From contig JAAEYW010000023.1 in the NCBI GenBank assembly GCA_018223185.1, forward strand, positions 7,734 to 71,733: DNA of 64,000 bases. Reading direction: 5' to 3'. Position numbers and translations under genes: made by a program. The notes below the pieces were generated by a model. The model was not told the origin of the DNA. It did not search any database and saw only the letters and a program-made list of their open reading frames with translations. The stretch is from Oceanospirillales bacterium (lineage in GTDB: Bacteria; Pseudomonadota; Gammaproteobacteria; Pseudomonadales; Balneatricaceae). Below, in pieces: positions 27,750 to 37,431 of the stretch (its first letter is position 1; each line of letters begins with the position of its first letter).

Positions 27750-28420
27750 CTCAGAGCTGAAACCAGTCCCCGCCAGGGGATAGTGTACAGACCAAATACT
27801 ATAATCAGTAGCCCGGCGATTGTCTGGGCTTTACGGTTTTTCAGCAGTGTCTGTACCTGGCTGGCCAGTAATCCGGTGGCCAGCATTGCCGGTACTGTTC
27901 CCAGACCAAAGCAGGCCATCAGCAGAGCAGAGGTTTTCCAATCGCTGGCTGTAGCGCTCCAGATCAGTGTGCTGTATATGAGACCGCAGGGTAACCATCC
28001 CCAGAGTGCCCCAAGCGCGACTGCCTGTGGCCAGTTACTCACGGGTAAGAGTTTCTTGCTAAGCGGCTGGATATGCCGCCAGAGCAGATTGCCCTGTTTT
28101 TCTAAATAGGCCAGAGCTTTCCATATCTGCGCGACATAGAGTCCCATTAAAACAAGGATGACACCGGCCAGGCTGCGTAAAAAAAGAGAGACTTCGGGTG
28201 AGCGGATCAGCCAGCCAATGCTGCCAAGCAGGGCTCCAGCCAGAGTGTAGCTGGCGATACGCCCAATATTGAATCCCAGCAACAGCAACACCGGCTGCTG
28301 GTTTTTCCGGTCGATACCCATGGCCACTGCACTGGATATTCCACCACACATGCCCAGGCAATGGGCGCTTCCTAACAGCCCTAATAACAGAGCAGTTAAA
28401 GCAGATAACGGTTCTGTCAT
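27746..28420 (-). CDS. TauE/SafE-like (DsbD-fold) membrane protein, last gene of the ccoGHIS unit
   Basis: 224 aa, 6-7 TM, GSAHCLGMCGG motif. ATG overlaps the ccoS stop by 1 nt (TAATG). Confidence 0.7.
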   Translation of the reverse strand: MTEPLSALTALLLGLLGSAHCLGMCGGISSAVAMGIDRKNQQPVLLLLGFNIGRIASYTLAGALLGSIGWLIRSPEVSLFLRSLAGVILVLMGLYVAQIWKALAYLEKQGNLLWRHIQPLSKKLLPVSNWPQAVALGALWGWLPCGLIYSTLIWSATASDWKTSALLMACFGLGTVPAMLATGLLASQVQTLLKNRKAQTIAGLLIIVFGLYTIPWRGLVSALS

Positions 28421-28611
28421 TACTGCTTGTCTGCAGGTTTGGGAGGCTTGGCGTCGTCGGGAATCAGGTGCTCATCATCGTCATATAAAATACTGTGGGC
28501 GGGGGATTCAAGGTCGTCTAACTGACCATTGTTGACCGACCAGAAAAAGCCCCAGATCGCAACCCCGGCAAGAGCGATGGCGATAGGGATAAGCAGATAG
28601 ATAATTGACAT
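28420..28611 (-). CDS. ccoS: cbb3 oxidase maturation protein CcoS
   Basis: 63 aa, single TM (IYLLIPIAIALAGVAIWGFFWSVNNGQLDD), located directly downstream of ccoI. Confidence 0.85.
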   Translation of the reverse strand: MSIIYLLIPIAIALAGVAIWGFFWSVNNGQLDDLESPAHSILYDDDEHLIPDDAKPPKPADKQ

Positions 28612-28638
28612 AGCTATACTTTACTCAGGTTGTTATAA

Positions 28639-31110
28639 CTATTCTAACCGATCTGACCGGTCAAGTTTAGTCAGGCGCAGGGCGTTACCGACCACTACGA
28701 GTGAGCTTGCGGACATGCCGATAGCTGCCATCCATGGGGCGATCATCCCGGCAGCAGCCAGTGGCAGAGCGATCAGGTTGTAGAGAATTGCCCAGCCAAG
28801 ATTCTGCCGGATATTCGCGCGGGTGCGTTTAGCCAGTCGCAATGCTTGTGGCAGGCGCATCAGCTCGCTGGAAATGAGGACAGCGTCGGCATTGGTTTTA
28901 GCCAGATCAGTGGCGGAGCCCATTGCTATTGATGTCTCGGCTCCGGCCAGTACCGGAATATCATTGATGCCGTCACCGACCATTACCAACTGAGCGCCAT
29001 TATCCTGCAACTGCTGGATATGCTGCAATTTTTGCTCGGGACTGACTCCGGAAACCACTGTGTTGATCTTCAGTTGCCGGGCGATATGTTCAACAGCGGC
29101 AGAGCTGTCACCAGTGAGCATCTGTACCTCAAGCCCCATCTTTTGTAACTGCTGTACCATGCTGGCCGCTTGCTTGCGGGCAGGATCATTCAGGCCAAAC
29201 CAGGCCAGAGGCTCAGCTTCGCTGGCTAGCAGAAGCCATTGGCCCTGGCTGTCTGGCGCATCGGCGAACTCCAGCTGTGTGTCGCAGAACTGACTGGCGA
29301 AGTGGGGTTTGCCAATGAAATAGCGCTTACCGTCAATATAGCCTTCCAGTCCCTGGCCAACATGGTTTTTGAGTTGCTCTGCGGCGCTGACCTGAGTCAG
29401 TTGACTGATGTGGTGGAACGCTTTTGCGATAGGGTGCTCTGAGTGTGCTTCAAGGGAAGCGGCAATTTCCAGGCACTCACGGGCAGTCAGCTCAGCGAGT
29501 GGGCTGGTACTTTGCAGTGACAGATTGCCCTCTGTCAGGGTACCGGTTTTATCGAATACGATATGGGTTGCTCTGGCCAGGCTTTCCAGAACATGGCCCC
29601 GGGTAATCAATAAACCGTGTTGACGCAGCGTACCTGTGGCTGCTGTCAGAGCTGTCGGCGTCGCCAGTGACAGTGCGCAAGGGCAGGTGACAACCAGAAC
29701 TGAAAGGGTTACCCAGAAAGCGTGATCAGGGTTTATCTGCCACCATGCCAGTCCGACAGAGGTCGCTACAATGAGCACCGCAGTGACAAAATAACCGGAC
29801 ACTGCGTCCGCCAGTCGGGCGACTTTGGGTTTCTCTTCATGAGCCCGCTCCAGCAGGCGCACAATAGACGATAGCTGAGAGCTTGCGCCGACCTGAGTGA
29901 CTTCCAGGTCTATCGGGTTCTCAACATTGATGGTGCCGCCAACAACCCTGTCTCCCTCGCGCTTGGTCAGGGGCAGGTACTCTCCGGTGAGCGCGGATTC
30001 ATCAATGCTGCTGCTGCCCTTAATAATGACGCCGTCAGCAGGGATGGTATGTCCCGGTTTAACCAGAATCCGGTTACCCTGTTGCAGGTCGTTGGCGGCG
30101 ACAATTTTTTCACCTTCATCAGTATAGAGAATTGCGCTGGCCGGTAGCAGGTTGAGTAGTGCGTTGCCCGCTTTTCCTGTTCTGTGGCGAGCTTTCATCT
30201 CCAGAAACCGGCCAATCAGGAGGAAGAAGGTGAACATGCTGACTGAGTCGTAATAGACTTCGCCGCTGGCGGTGACCGTAGCCCAGATGCTGGCAACATA
30301 GGCCCCGCCGATGGCGATTGATACCGGCAGATCCATCGTCAGGTGGCGGGTTCGAAGATCTCGCAGAGCAGCCTGAAAGAAAGGCCTTGAAGCATAAAAA
30401 ACAACCGGTGTCGCTAATGCCAGACTGGCCCAGCGTATAAAGTTTTCGTTATCGGTCTCGAGGCTTGTTCCAGCGCCGGTATAAAGGGCCACCGCAAGCA
30501 TCATAATCTGCATCGTAAAGACCCCGGCAATGCCCAGTCTGCGCATTGCCAGCTTAGTCTCCTGTTCCAGCAGTTGCTCCTCTTTGTCCGGGTGATAGGG
30601 GTGTCCCTGGTAACCGATACTGTGCATGGCGACAAAAATATCGCTGAGATGGATCTTCTGTTCATCCCACTGCACCCGGGCACGATGGTTTGTCAGGTTG
30701 ACGCTGGCAACAATGACCCCCTCGAGTGAGCTGATATGGTGCTCAAGCAGCCAGACGCAGGCGGCACAGGTTATCCCTTCTATAACCAGTGTTGCCTGGC
30801 GGGTTCCATCCTCCAGTTCGGCAACGAAGTGCTTCTGGACACTGGCATGGTTATACAGCTCGAACTCTGCCTGTAACTGTTCACTGGCGCTGATCGAGTC
30901 AGGCGATGGGGCTTCGGAAGTGCGGTGCTTATAGTAATTCTCCAGGCCGCCATCAGCGATGACCTGGGCAACGGCCTGACAGCCCGGGCAGCACATCTGG
31001 CGCGCTTGTCCGCCTATAGTTGTAAAAAACTGGCTGCCAGTGGGGATATCGAGGCCGCAGTGAAAGCAGCCAGGATGTTGGTGCAGGTTACCTTCAGGGG
31101 CATTCATCAC
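28639..31110 (-). CDS. ccoI: copper-translocating P1B-type ATPase CcoI
   Basis: CPC (VVTCPCAL), [15 protein letters not shown], and N-terminal Cys pairs (CFHCG, CCPGC). Confidence 0.9.
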   Translation of the reverse strand: MMNAPEGNLHQHPGCFHCGLDIPTGSQFFTTIGGQARQMCCPGCQAVAQVIADGGLENYYKHRTSEAPSPDSISASEQLQAEFELYNHASVQKHFVAELEDGTRQATLVIEGITCAACVWLLEHHISSLEGVIVASVNLTNHRARVQWDEQKIHLSDIFVAMHSIGYQGHPYHPDKEEQLLEQETKLAMRRLGIAGVFTMQIMMLAVALYTGAGTSLETDNENFIRWASLALATPVVFYASRPFFQAALRDLRTRHLTMDLPVSIAIGGAYVASIWATVTASGEVYYDSVSMFTFFLLIGRFLEMKARHRTGKAGNALLNLLPASAILYTDEGEKIVAANDLQQGNRILVKPGHTIPADGVIIKGSSSIDESALTGEYLPLTKREGDRVVGGTINVENPIDLEVTQVGASSQLSSIVRLLERAHEEKPKVARLADAVSGYFVTAVLIVATSVGLAWWQINPDHAFWVTLSVLVVTCPCALSLATPTALTAATGTLRQHGLLITRGHVLESLARATHIVFDKTGTLTEGNLSLQSTSPLAELTARECLEIAASLEAHSEHPIAKAFHHISQLTQVSAAEQLKNHVGQGLEGYIDGKRYFIGKPHFASQFCDTQLEFADAPDSQGQWLLLASEAEPLAWFGLNDPARKQAASMVQQLQKMGLEVQMLTGDSSAAVEHIARQLKINTVVSGVSPEQKLQHIQQLQDNGAQLVMVGDGINDIPVLAGAETSIAMGSATDLAKTNADAVLISSELMRLPQALRLAKRTRANIRQNLGWAILYNLIALPLAAAGMIAPWMAAIGMSASSLVVVGNALRLTKLDRSDRLE

Positions 31111-31113
31111 AGG

Positions 31114-31620
31114 TTACTGATTGCCAAATGTGAAATTTTTCTGGTCGTAAGGTGGCTCTGCTTCATGAATCAGCTGCCACTCATTATTTATAGGGCTGAT
31201 GATCAGCTTTTTATTGCCCTGTAGTGTGCTCTTCAGCTCGCCGGCATAGTGTCCCGGTTTTAGCTGATGCAGTAAGACATTGATATCAAGGCTGGCTTTA
31301 GTTGGGTGGCCTATGGTGAGTTGCAGTTGATCTGGTAACGACTCACCTTTAGCGCTGATCAGTTCAAGATTAATATCACTGGTCATTGTGTCAAATCTCA
31401 GTGTGCCACTCAGTCCAAGCTTTCGGGCTGCTTCATTAAGACGGTTGTCTTTGTGGAACGCTTTGGCTTTCTTGGTATATTCCTCAAGCACAACTCCGTC
31501 ATTAGTAACAATTGATGCTGTAATGTACACGGAGGAGTAGAGGACGGTTGCAATCAGCGGGGCCAGAATAAACCACAGCCAGGGCTGCTTATACCAGGGT
31601 CCGATTTGTTGATCAGTCAT
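31114..31620 (-). CDS. ccoH: FixH/CcoH family protein
   Basis: 168 aa, N-terminal TM (WYKQPWLWFILAPLIATV), sits between ccoG and ccoI. Confidence 0.8.
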   Translation of the reverse strand: MTDQQIGPWYKQPWLWFILAPLIATVLYSSVYITASIVTNDGVVLEEYTKKAKAFHKDNRLNEAARKLGLSGTLRFDTMTSDINLELISAKGESLPDQLQLTIGHPTKASLDINVLLHQLKPGHYAGELKSTLQGNKKLIISPINNEWQLIHEAEPPYDQKNFTFGNQ

Positions 31621-31630
31621 ATGTTTCCTT

Positions 31631-31670
31631 AAAAAAGAAATAGCTGCACGGAGATGAATCCGGCAGCTAT
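31631..31670 (-). terminator. terminator-like hairpin plus T tract between ccoG and ccoH
   Basis: Minus strand: atagctgccgg-attcatct-ccgtgcagctat followed by TTCTTTTTTAAG. Confidence 0.45.
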
Positions 31671-31705
31671 TCTAACTCAGTCAAATGGGGGAGGGTAGGC
31701 TTTGC

Positions 31706-33121
31706 TTAGCGTTTGACAGGGCTAATAAAGCGATTATCCTCTTCCACCAGAATACTCTTATCATCCAGCGCCTGAACACGAAATGTAATATCGTAGTTTG
31801 GACGCTCAAGGAAGCGAGGGTCTGCCTGAAGGCTGATAGGGTGTTCCAGCAGCTCGCCTGTACGTATCAGGACTTCGCGGTCACCTGCCATTGTAATACC
31901 CTCTATACCCGTTACGTCGATGCTGAAACGGTGATCAGTCTGCGACTTATTGGCGAGTTTGAGAGTATAAACGTTTTCTATCATGCCGTTTGAGGCTTGA
32001 ACATATAGTTGACCCCGGTCACGAATAATATCGACTTCGAGTGGTACCCGGCTATAAAGGGTATAGCTGAAAGCGATAAACATAGCGCAGATAGCAATAA
32101 AATAGCCGATCAGTCGTGGTCGGAGGATATGCGTTTTGCCTCCCTCCAGAGCATGTTCGGTGGTATAGCGAATCAGGCCCCGCTCATAACCCATACGATC
32201 CATGATGTCGTCGCAGACATCTACACAGGCGCCGCAGGCTACGCATTCATACTGCAGCCCGTCACGGATATCGATACCTACCGGGCAGACATGTACACAG
32301 TTATCACAGTCGATACAATCGCCCAGTCCTTCTGCCTTATAGTCGGCGCCCTTTTTACGCTTGCCGCGATTCTCGCCGCGGATATTATCATAGGAGATTA
32401 CCAGAGTGTCCTGGTCAAACATTACGCTCTGGAAGCGGGCGTAAGGACACATGTAGATGCAGACCTGCTCACGCATCCAGCCAGCATTGGCATAGGTTGC
32501 TACAGTGAGAAAGCCTATCCACCAGGTTTCCCATGGTCCCAGATTCCAGGAGAAAGCGGAGGGAAGCAGTTCGCGAATGGGTGTGAAATAGCCCACAAAT
32601 GCGATAGCAGACGCGGCCGCGATTATTGCCCATATAGTATGCTTGGCTGCTTTGCGTGCGATTTTTTCTCCGCTCCAGCCAGCTTTATCCATCCGCATTC
32701 TCTGGTTGCGATCACCTTCAGTAACGCGTTCCGCCCAGATGAAAAACCAGGTCCAGACAAATTGGGGGCAGGCATAACCACACCAGAGGCGACCTGCAAA
32801 CACGGTGACAAAGAACAGGGTAAAGGCCAGGATAATCAGTAGCCAGGAAAGCAGCATGAAATCCTGGGGCCAGAAAGTGAAACCAAATACATGGAATTGC
32901 CGGCTTGGCAGGTCAAATAAAACAGCCTGATGTCCATCCCATTGAATCCAGGAAAAACCATAAAACATTGCCAGCATAAAAATGCCGGAGATAGTTCGTA
33001 AGTTCTTAAAGAACCCTTTGTAATACTTTACATAGATATGCTGACGTTTGGCATACAGGTCGTAGTTATCATCACCTTTATTGCCTTTCGGGGTCACATC
33101 CTTAACTGGTATTTGATTCAT
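31706..33121 (-). CDS. ccoG: cbb3 oxidase accessory 4Fe-4S protein CcoG
   Basis: ATG 33121 (MNQIPVKDVTP...) lies 6 nt after GAGG. Two ferredoxin motifs, CIDCDNCVHVCP and CVACGACVDVC. Confidence 0.9.
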   Translation of the reverse strand: MNQIPVKDVTPKGNKGDDNYDLYAKRQHIYVKYYKGFFKNLRTISGIFMLAMFYGFSWIQWDGHQAVLFDLPSRQFHVFGFTFWPQDFMLLSWLLIILAFTLFFVTVFAGRLWCGYACPQFVWTWFFIWAERVTEGDRNQRMRMDKAGWSGEKIARKAAKHTIWAIIAAASAIAFVGYFTPIRELLPSAFSWNLGPWETWWIGFLTVATYANAGWMREQVCIYMCPYARFQSVMFDQDTLVISYDNIRGENRGKRKKGADYKAEGLGDCIDCDNCVHVCPVGIDIRDGLQYECVACGACVDVCDDIMDRMGYERGLIRYTTEHALEGGKTHILRPRLIGYFIAICAMFIAFSYTLYSRVPLEVDIIRDRGQLYVQASNGMIENVYTLKLANKSQTDHRFSIDVTGIEGITMAGDREVLIRTGELLEHPISLQADPRFLERPNYDITFRVQALDDKSILVEEDNRFISPVKR

Positions 33122-33232
33122 ACCATTCCTCACCATCAAGTAGTCGAAATACCAACACCAAAACCATCAGATTTAAGGTTTATTAGTGAATTTGAATATT
33201 ATACTCAGTTTGATGCAGTATTTAAGCGGTAG

Positions 33233-33270
33233 CATAAAAAAAGGCGATATGATTCACATCATATCGCCTT
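33233..33270 (-). terminator. Rho-independent terminator after ccoP
   Basis: Minus strand: aaggcgatatgat-gtga-atcatatcgcctt followed by TTTTTTAT. Confidence 0.8.
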
Positions 33271-33287
33271 ATTTATTGATCTGAGCC

Positions 33288-34172
33288 TTACTTGTTAGAC
33301 AGGCTGTAAACGTAAGCAGTGATCAGGGTAATCTTATCATCGCTTAGCAGATCCTTGTGTGCAGGCATAACACCGTTACGACCCGTACGGATTGTGTGGC
33401 TGATCTGCTCGAAAGAGCTGCCATACAACCAGACGTTGTCAGTCAGGTTTGGAGCACCCAGAGCCTGGAGTCCCTTGCCATCAGCACCGTGACATGCAGT
33501 ACACAAAGCCTGAAACTGTTGCTGGCCGCGGGCAGCCATCTCAGCATCGTGCTCTGCGCCGCTCAGTGACAAGACATAGCTTGTTACATCGCGAACACCT
33601 TCTTCACCCAATACCGGTCCCCAGGCTGGCATAGCGCCCTGGCGACCATTGGTGATAGTCTGCTTAATAGTGGCAGGTGCGCCACCGTACAGCCAGTCAC
33701 CGTCAGTCAGGTTGGGGAAGCCATGTGCGCCGGCACCGGTCGCGCCGTGACACAGAGAGCAGTTGTTTGCAAACATGCGCTGGCCAATTTTCAGACCGTC
33801 AGGCTGAGCCTGCAGGTCTTCAACAGACATTGCCGCGTATTTTGCAAATACTGGTTTGTAAACCTCTTCAGCGTGAGCCATCTCTTCTTCGTACTGACCT
33901 GCAGAAGACCAGCCGTAAAAACCTTTTACGTTAGCCAGACCGTAGAGCCCGAGATAGGCAATACCAAAAATTATAGTGGCGATAAACATCTGAAACCACC
34001 AGCCCGGAAGCGGGTTGTCATATTCTTCGATGCCATCGAAAGTATGACCAAGCGTTTCCTCTGTGGCTTCTTTATGCGACTCGCCCTTGCGCGTGGCCAG
34101 TAGCAACCAGGTACAACCCAGAATTACGACCAGGGTAATCGACCATACCCATATATTCCAAAAAGCACTCAT
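33288..34172 (-). CDS. ccoP: cbb3-type cytochrome c oxidase subunit III (dihaem c)
   Basis: Two CXXCH motifs (CSLCHG, CTACHG). N-terminal TM. Confidence 0.9.
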   Translation of the reverse strand: MSAFWNIWVWSITLVVILGCTWLLLATRKGESHKEATEETLGHTFDGIEEYDNPLPGWWFQMFIATIIFGIAYLGLYGLANVKGFYGWSSAGQYEEEMAHAEEVYKPVFAKYAAMSVEDLQAQPDGLKIGQRMFANNCSLCHGATGAGAHGFPNLTDGDWLYGGAPATIKQTITNGRQGAMPAWGPVLGEEGVRDVTSYVLSLSGAEHDAEMAARGQQQFQALCTACHGADGKGLQALGAPNLTDNVWLYGSSFEQISHTIRTGRNGVMPAHKDLLSDDKITLITAYVYSLSNK

Positions 34173-34357
34173 TTTTCATTTCTCCCGTTATTGGTCGTAT
34201 CTGTCTCTGCAGGGGCGTCATCTTCATCGGCAAAAGGCAGTTGTGATGCCTCGTCGAATCTTTTTTTGTTACCGGGCAGAAGCACCCAGATAAACAAACC
34301 GATGAAGGTGATTAGCATTACTGCTGGCAGATATGGGCCATAAACTTCGTAGCTCAC
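34169..34357 (-). CDS. ccoQ: cbb3-type oxidase subunit CcoQ
   Basis: 62 aa, single TM, 4-nt overlap with the ccoP start, located between ccoO and ccoP. Confidence 0.8.
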   Translation of the reverse strand: MSYEVYGPYLPAVMLITFIGLFIWVLLPGNKKRFDEASQLPFADEDDAPAETDTTNNGRNEK

Positions 34358-34362
34358 TCGAA

Positions 34363-34983
34363 TTACCGCTTATTGGTATATTGAGAGTGGAGTTTACCAA
34401 GTGCTTGCAAGTAAGAGATCACGGCATCGATTTCAGTCTTGCCTTCTACCTGCTCGCGAGCTTTAGAGGCATCTTCCTCGGTGTAAGGAACACCCAGTTT
34501 AGCCAGAACACGCATCTTGGCAGCCGTATCTTCACCAGACAGCTTGTTTTCAAACAGCCATGGATAAGCGGGCATCTTAGATTCAGGAACTACGTCGCGC
34601 GGGTTGTACAGGTGTGCACGGTGCCAGTCATTACTATAACGACCACCTACACGGGCCAGGTCAGGACCGGTACGCTTGGATCCCCACAGGAACGGATGCT
34701 CCCATACACCTTCATCGGACGTTGAGTAGTGACCGTAACGCTCAGTCTCTGCGCGGAAAGGACGGATCTGCTGCGAGTGGCATACGTTGCAGCCCTCGCG
34801 GATAAATATGTCCCGGCCTTCCAGTTCCAGTGGTGTATACGTACGCAGGCCTTGAATGGGCTTGGTAGTCGCTTCGGTAAAGAACAGAGGTACGATTTCA
34901 GCAAGACCACCGCCACTGATCACCAGAATGATCAGCAGGATCATCAGGCCAATGTTCTTTTCAATCGTTTCGTGTTTGATCAT
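34363..34983 (-). CDS. ccoO: cbb3-type cytochrome c oxidase subunit II (monohaem c)
   Basis: [11 protein letters not shown] haem-c motif. 206 aa. Confidence 0.9.
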   Translation of the reverse strand: MIKHETIEKNIGLMILLIILVISGGGLAEIVPLFFTEATTKPIQGLRTYTPLELEGRDIFIREGCNVCHSQQIRPFRAETERYGHYSTSDEGVWEHPFLWGSKRTGPDLARVGGRYSNDWHRAHLYNPRDVVPESKMPAYPWLFENKLSGEDTAAKMRVLAKLGVPYTEEDASKAREQVEGKTEIDAVISYLQALGKLHSQYTNKR

Positions 34984-35003
34984 TTTATGTGCTCCTCTGA
35001 TCC

Positions 35004-36434
35004 TTAAGCTGTCTGCGCAGATGCGTCAGCTACAGGAGCAGTGCTGCCTTTACGTACAGTCTGCCAGACGTTGTATGCCATCAGCAGCATACCGGCCAGG
35101 AAGAATGCACCACCCAGAGCACGCACTACGTAGCCGGGATGGCTTGCTTCAAGTGCTTCAACGAAGCTGTAAGTCAGGGTGCCGTCTTCATTTACCGCAC
35201 GCCACATCAGACCCTGCAGGATACCGTTAACCCACATCGCACAGATGTACATAACCGTACCGATAGTTGCCAGCCAGAAGTGAGTGTTGATCAATCCAAC
35301 GCTGGCCATCTGAGTTTTACCCCAGAGTTTAGGAATCATGTGATAGACCGCACCGATAGAGATCATCGCAACCCAGCCCAGTGCACCCGCATGTACGTGA
35401 CCGATAGTCCAGTCAGTGTAGTGGGACAGAGCGTTTACGGTTTTAATAGCCATCATCGGGCCTTCGAAGGTTGACATGCCGTAGAACGACAGAGATACAA
35501 CCAGGAAGCGCAGGATAGGGTCGGTACGCAGTTTGTGCCATGCGCCAGACAGAGTCATCATGCCGTTGATCATACCGCCCCATGAAGGAGCCAGAAGGAT
35601 CAGAGACATAACCATACCCAGAGTCTGAGCGAAGTCAGGCAGAGATGTGTAGTGCAGGTGGTGACCACCAGCCCACATATAGGTTGCGATCAGAGCCCAG
35701 AAGTGAACAACAGACAGGCGGTAAGAGTAGATTGGACGCTCAGCCTGCTTAGGAACGAAGTAGTACATCATGCCCAGGAAGCCTGCAGTCAGGAAGAAAC
35801 CTACCGCATTGTGGCCGTACCACCACTGAACCATTGCATCAACCGCACCCGGGTAGACAGAGTAAGACTTGAACAGAGTGACAGGCATCGCTGCGCTGTT
35901 AACAATGTGCAGTACTGCAACCGTCAGGATAAAGCCCATGTAGAACCAGTTACCTACATAGATGTGAGATGTCTTACGCATCTTCACGGTACCCAGGAAT
36001 ACGATAGCGTATGCTACCCAGACCACAGTAATCAGAAGGTCAATTGGCCATTCCAGTTCTGCGTACTCTTTAGAGGAGGTCAGACCCAGTGGCAAAGTGA
36101 TCGCTGCACTCAGAATAACCAGCTGCCAGCCCCAGAAAGTAAAGGCGGCCAGCTTATCAGAGATCAGGCGGGTTTGGCTCGTACGCTGTACGACGTAGTA
36201 AGAGGTTGCGAACAGTGCGCAGCCTCCGAATGCAAAGATAACTGCGTTGGTGTGTAACGGACGAATACGTCCGAAAGTCAACCAGGGAGTATCAAAGTTT
36301 AGTGCAGGCCATACTAACTGGGATGCGATTAACACGCCCACGGCCATTCCGACGATGCCCCATACCACTGTCATGATGGCGAATTGACGCACCACCTTGT
36401 AATTGTAGGTTGGGTGTTCAGCTGCTGTGCTCAT
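35004..36434 (-). CDS. ccoN: cbb3-type cytochrome c oxidase subunit I
   Basis: 476 aa, 12+ TM, haem-copper oxidase His ligands (e.g. [20 protein letters not shown]). Confidence 0.9.
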   Translation of the reverse strand: MSTAAEHPTYNYKVVRQFAIMTVVWGIVGMAVGVLIASQLVWPALNFDTPWLTFGRIRPLHTNAVIFAFGGCALFATSYYVVQRTSQTRLISDKLAAFTFWGWQLVILSAAITLPLGLTSSKEYAELEWPIDLLITVVWVAYAIVFLGTVKMRKTSHIYVGNWFYMGFILTVAVLHIVNSAAMPVTLFKSYSVYPGAVDAMVQWWYGHNAVGFFLTAGFLGMMYYFVPKQAERPIYSYRLSVVHFWALIATYMWAGGHHLHYTSLPDFAQTLGMVMSLILLAPSWGGMINGMMTLSGAWHKLRTDPILRFLVVSLSFYGMSTFEGPMMAIKTVNALSHYTDWTIGHVHAGALGWVAMISIGAVYHMIPKLWGKTQMASVGLINTHFWLATIGTVMYICAMWVNGILQGLMWRAVNEDGTLTYSFVEALEASHPGYVVRALGGAFFLAGMLLMAYNVWQTVRKGSTAPVADASAQTA

Positions 36435-36700
36435 ATCAGGCTCTCATCAACAAGCTATTAGAAAGGTTTAGAAAGTAAATTTCCGCTGGCTATTATGTGG
36501 AAACAGCGAACACATTTCAATGCGTCAACGGTATTAGTTGCGACATAGTGCCGCAGTGCAAAATAGATCGAAATGATGAAAAGAAAAAGTGTTTGTGTTT
36601 GTTTTTTGTTTTTAAGTCTTTGATTAATATGGTTAATTTATATTATTATTGTTTGTCTTGGTTTGCGTTCGTTGCCATTTAGTGCTGTTTTCGTCGAAGG

Positions 36701-36714
36701 TTGATGTAGATCAA
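36701..36714. promoter_or_regulatory. perfect FNR/Anr box TTGAT-gtag-ATCAA
   Basis: In the ccoN/hydrolase divergent intergenic region, 267 bp from the ccoN ATG. Confidence 0.7.
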
Positions 36715-36746
36715 GCCAGTATCAAAAGTTACTAATTTGGCTTTTC

Positions 36747-36760
36747 TTGATATGGATCAA
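36747..36760. promoter_or_regulatory. second perfect FNR/Anr box TTGAT-atgg-ATCAA
   Basis: 46 bp centre to centre from the first box and 49 bp upstream of the ATG at 36809. Both boxes are followed by GCC. Confidence 0.7.
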
Positions 36761-36808
36761 GCCTGATCTGCCGCATAATCAGCTGCTTTTCAGCTCAGAG
36801 GGTAAGAA

Positions 36809-37420
36809 ATGATTATTGAAGGCAGGGCTGAAAAAGCCCGGATATTACTGGCTCATGGCGCCGGGGCGCCAATGGATAGTCTGTTTATGACTCAGTTAGC
36901 AGGCGGGCTTGCTGCTGGCGGGGTGGAGGTTATCCGGTTTGAGTTTCCTTATATGCAGCAACGCCGTATTGACGGAAAGAAACGTCCGCCTGACAGGCAA
37001 CCTAAACTGCTGGAATATTTTACTCAGCTGATAGCGCAATTCAGTCAGGAAAATCTGCCGCTCTGGCTGGCCGGGAAGTCAATGGGCGGTCGGATGGCTT
37101 CAATGCTGGCGGATCATCCCGCTGTGTCAGGGTGTTTTGTGTACGGATATCCGTTTTATGCCCCTGGAAAGCAGGATCGCCCCAGAATTGAGCATCTGGT
37201 TACTGTTACTAATCCGGTCCATGTTTTTCAGGGCAGTCGCGATAGTATGGGGCGAAAAGAGGTGGTTGAGGAGTATCGGCTCTCCGGTTCAGTGACGCTA
37301 CACTGGCTTGATGATGGTGACCATGACCTTAAGCCCAGAAAAATATCCGGAATTACTCAGGACGAACATATCGCTGATGCAGTAGAATCAACGCTGGAAA
37401 TTATTAACCCCCATTATTGA
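36809..37420 (+). CDS. alpha/beta-hydrolase-fold protein (COG3571-like predicted hydrolase)
   Basis: 203 aa. LAHGAGAPMDS, nucleophile elbow GKSMGG, C-terminal DGDHDL. Confidence 0.7.
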   Translation: MIIEGRAEKARILLAHGAGAPMDSLFMTQLAGGLAAGGVEVIRFEFPYMQQRRIDGKKRPPDRQPKLLEYFTQLIAQFSQENLPLWLAGKSMGGRMASMLADHPAVSGCFVYGYPFYAPGKQDRPRIEHLVTVTNPVHVFQGSRDSMGRKEVVEEYRLSGSVTLHWLDDGDHDLKPRKISGITQDEHIADAVESTLEIINPHY

Positions 37421-37431
37421 GGTACTGTTCT

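Noticed and set aside
32009-32842. Long antisense ORFs opposite well-supported genes: 277 aa opposite ccoG, 236 aa opposite hemN (27073-27783), 201 aa opposite ccoN (35652-36257), 205 aa opposite the NAD-kinase-like gene (243-860), 199 aa opposite xthA (14595-15194), 190 aa opposite uspE (13648-14220), and the 250-aa alternative frame within the MATE gene (43709-44461).
   Set aside because: Their translations are low-complexity, Arg/His/Cys/Gln-rich and lack any motif. None has an RBS-preceded start. Each lies entirely inside a gene with strong family signatures on the other strand or frame, so they are typical shadow ORFs.
36497-36682. The 61-aa ORF in the ccoN upstream region.
   Set aside because: It lies in a T/G-rich low-complexity tract (tgtttgtgtttgttttttg...) with no RBS. 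The region is better explained as ccoN promoter or leader DNA.
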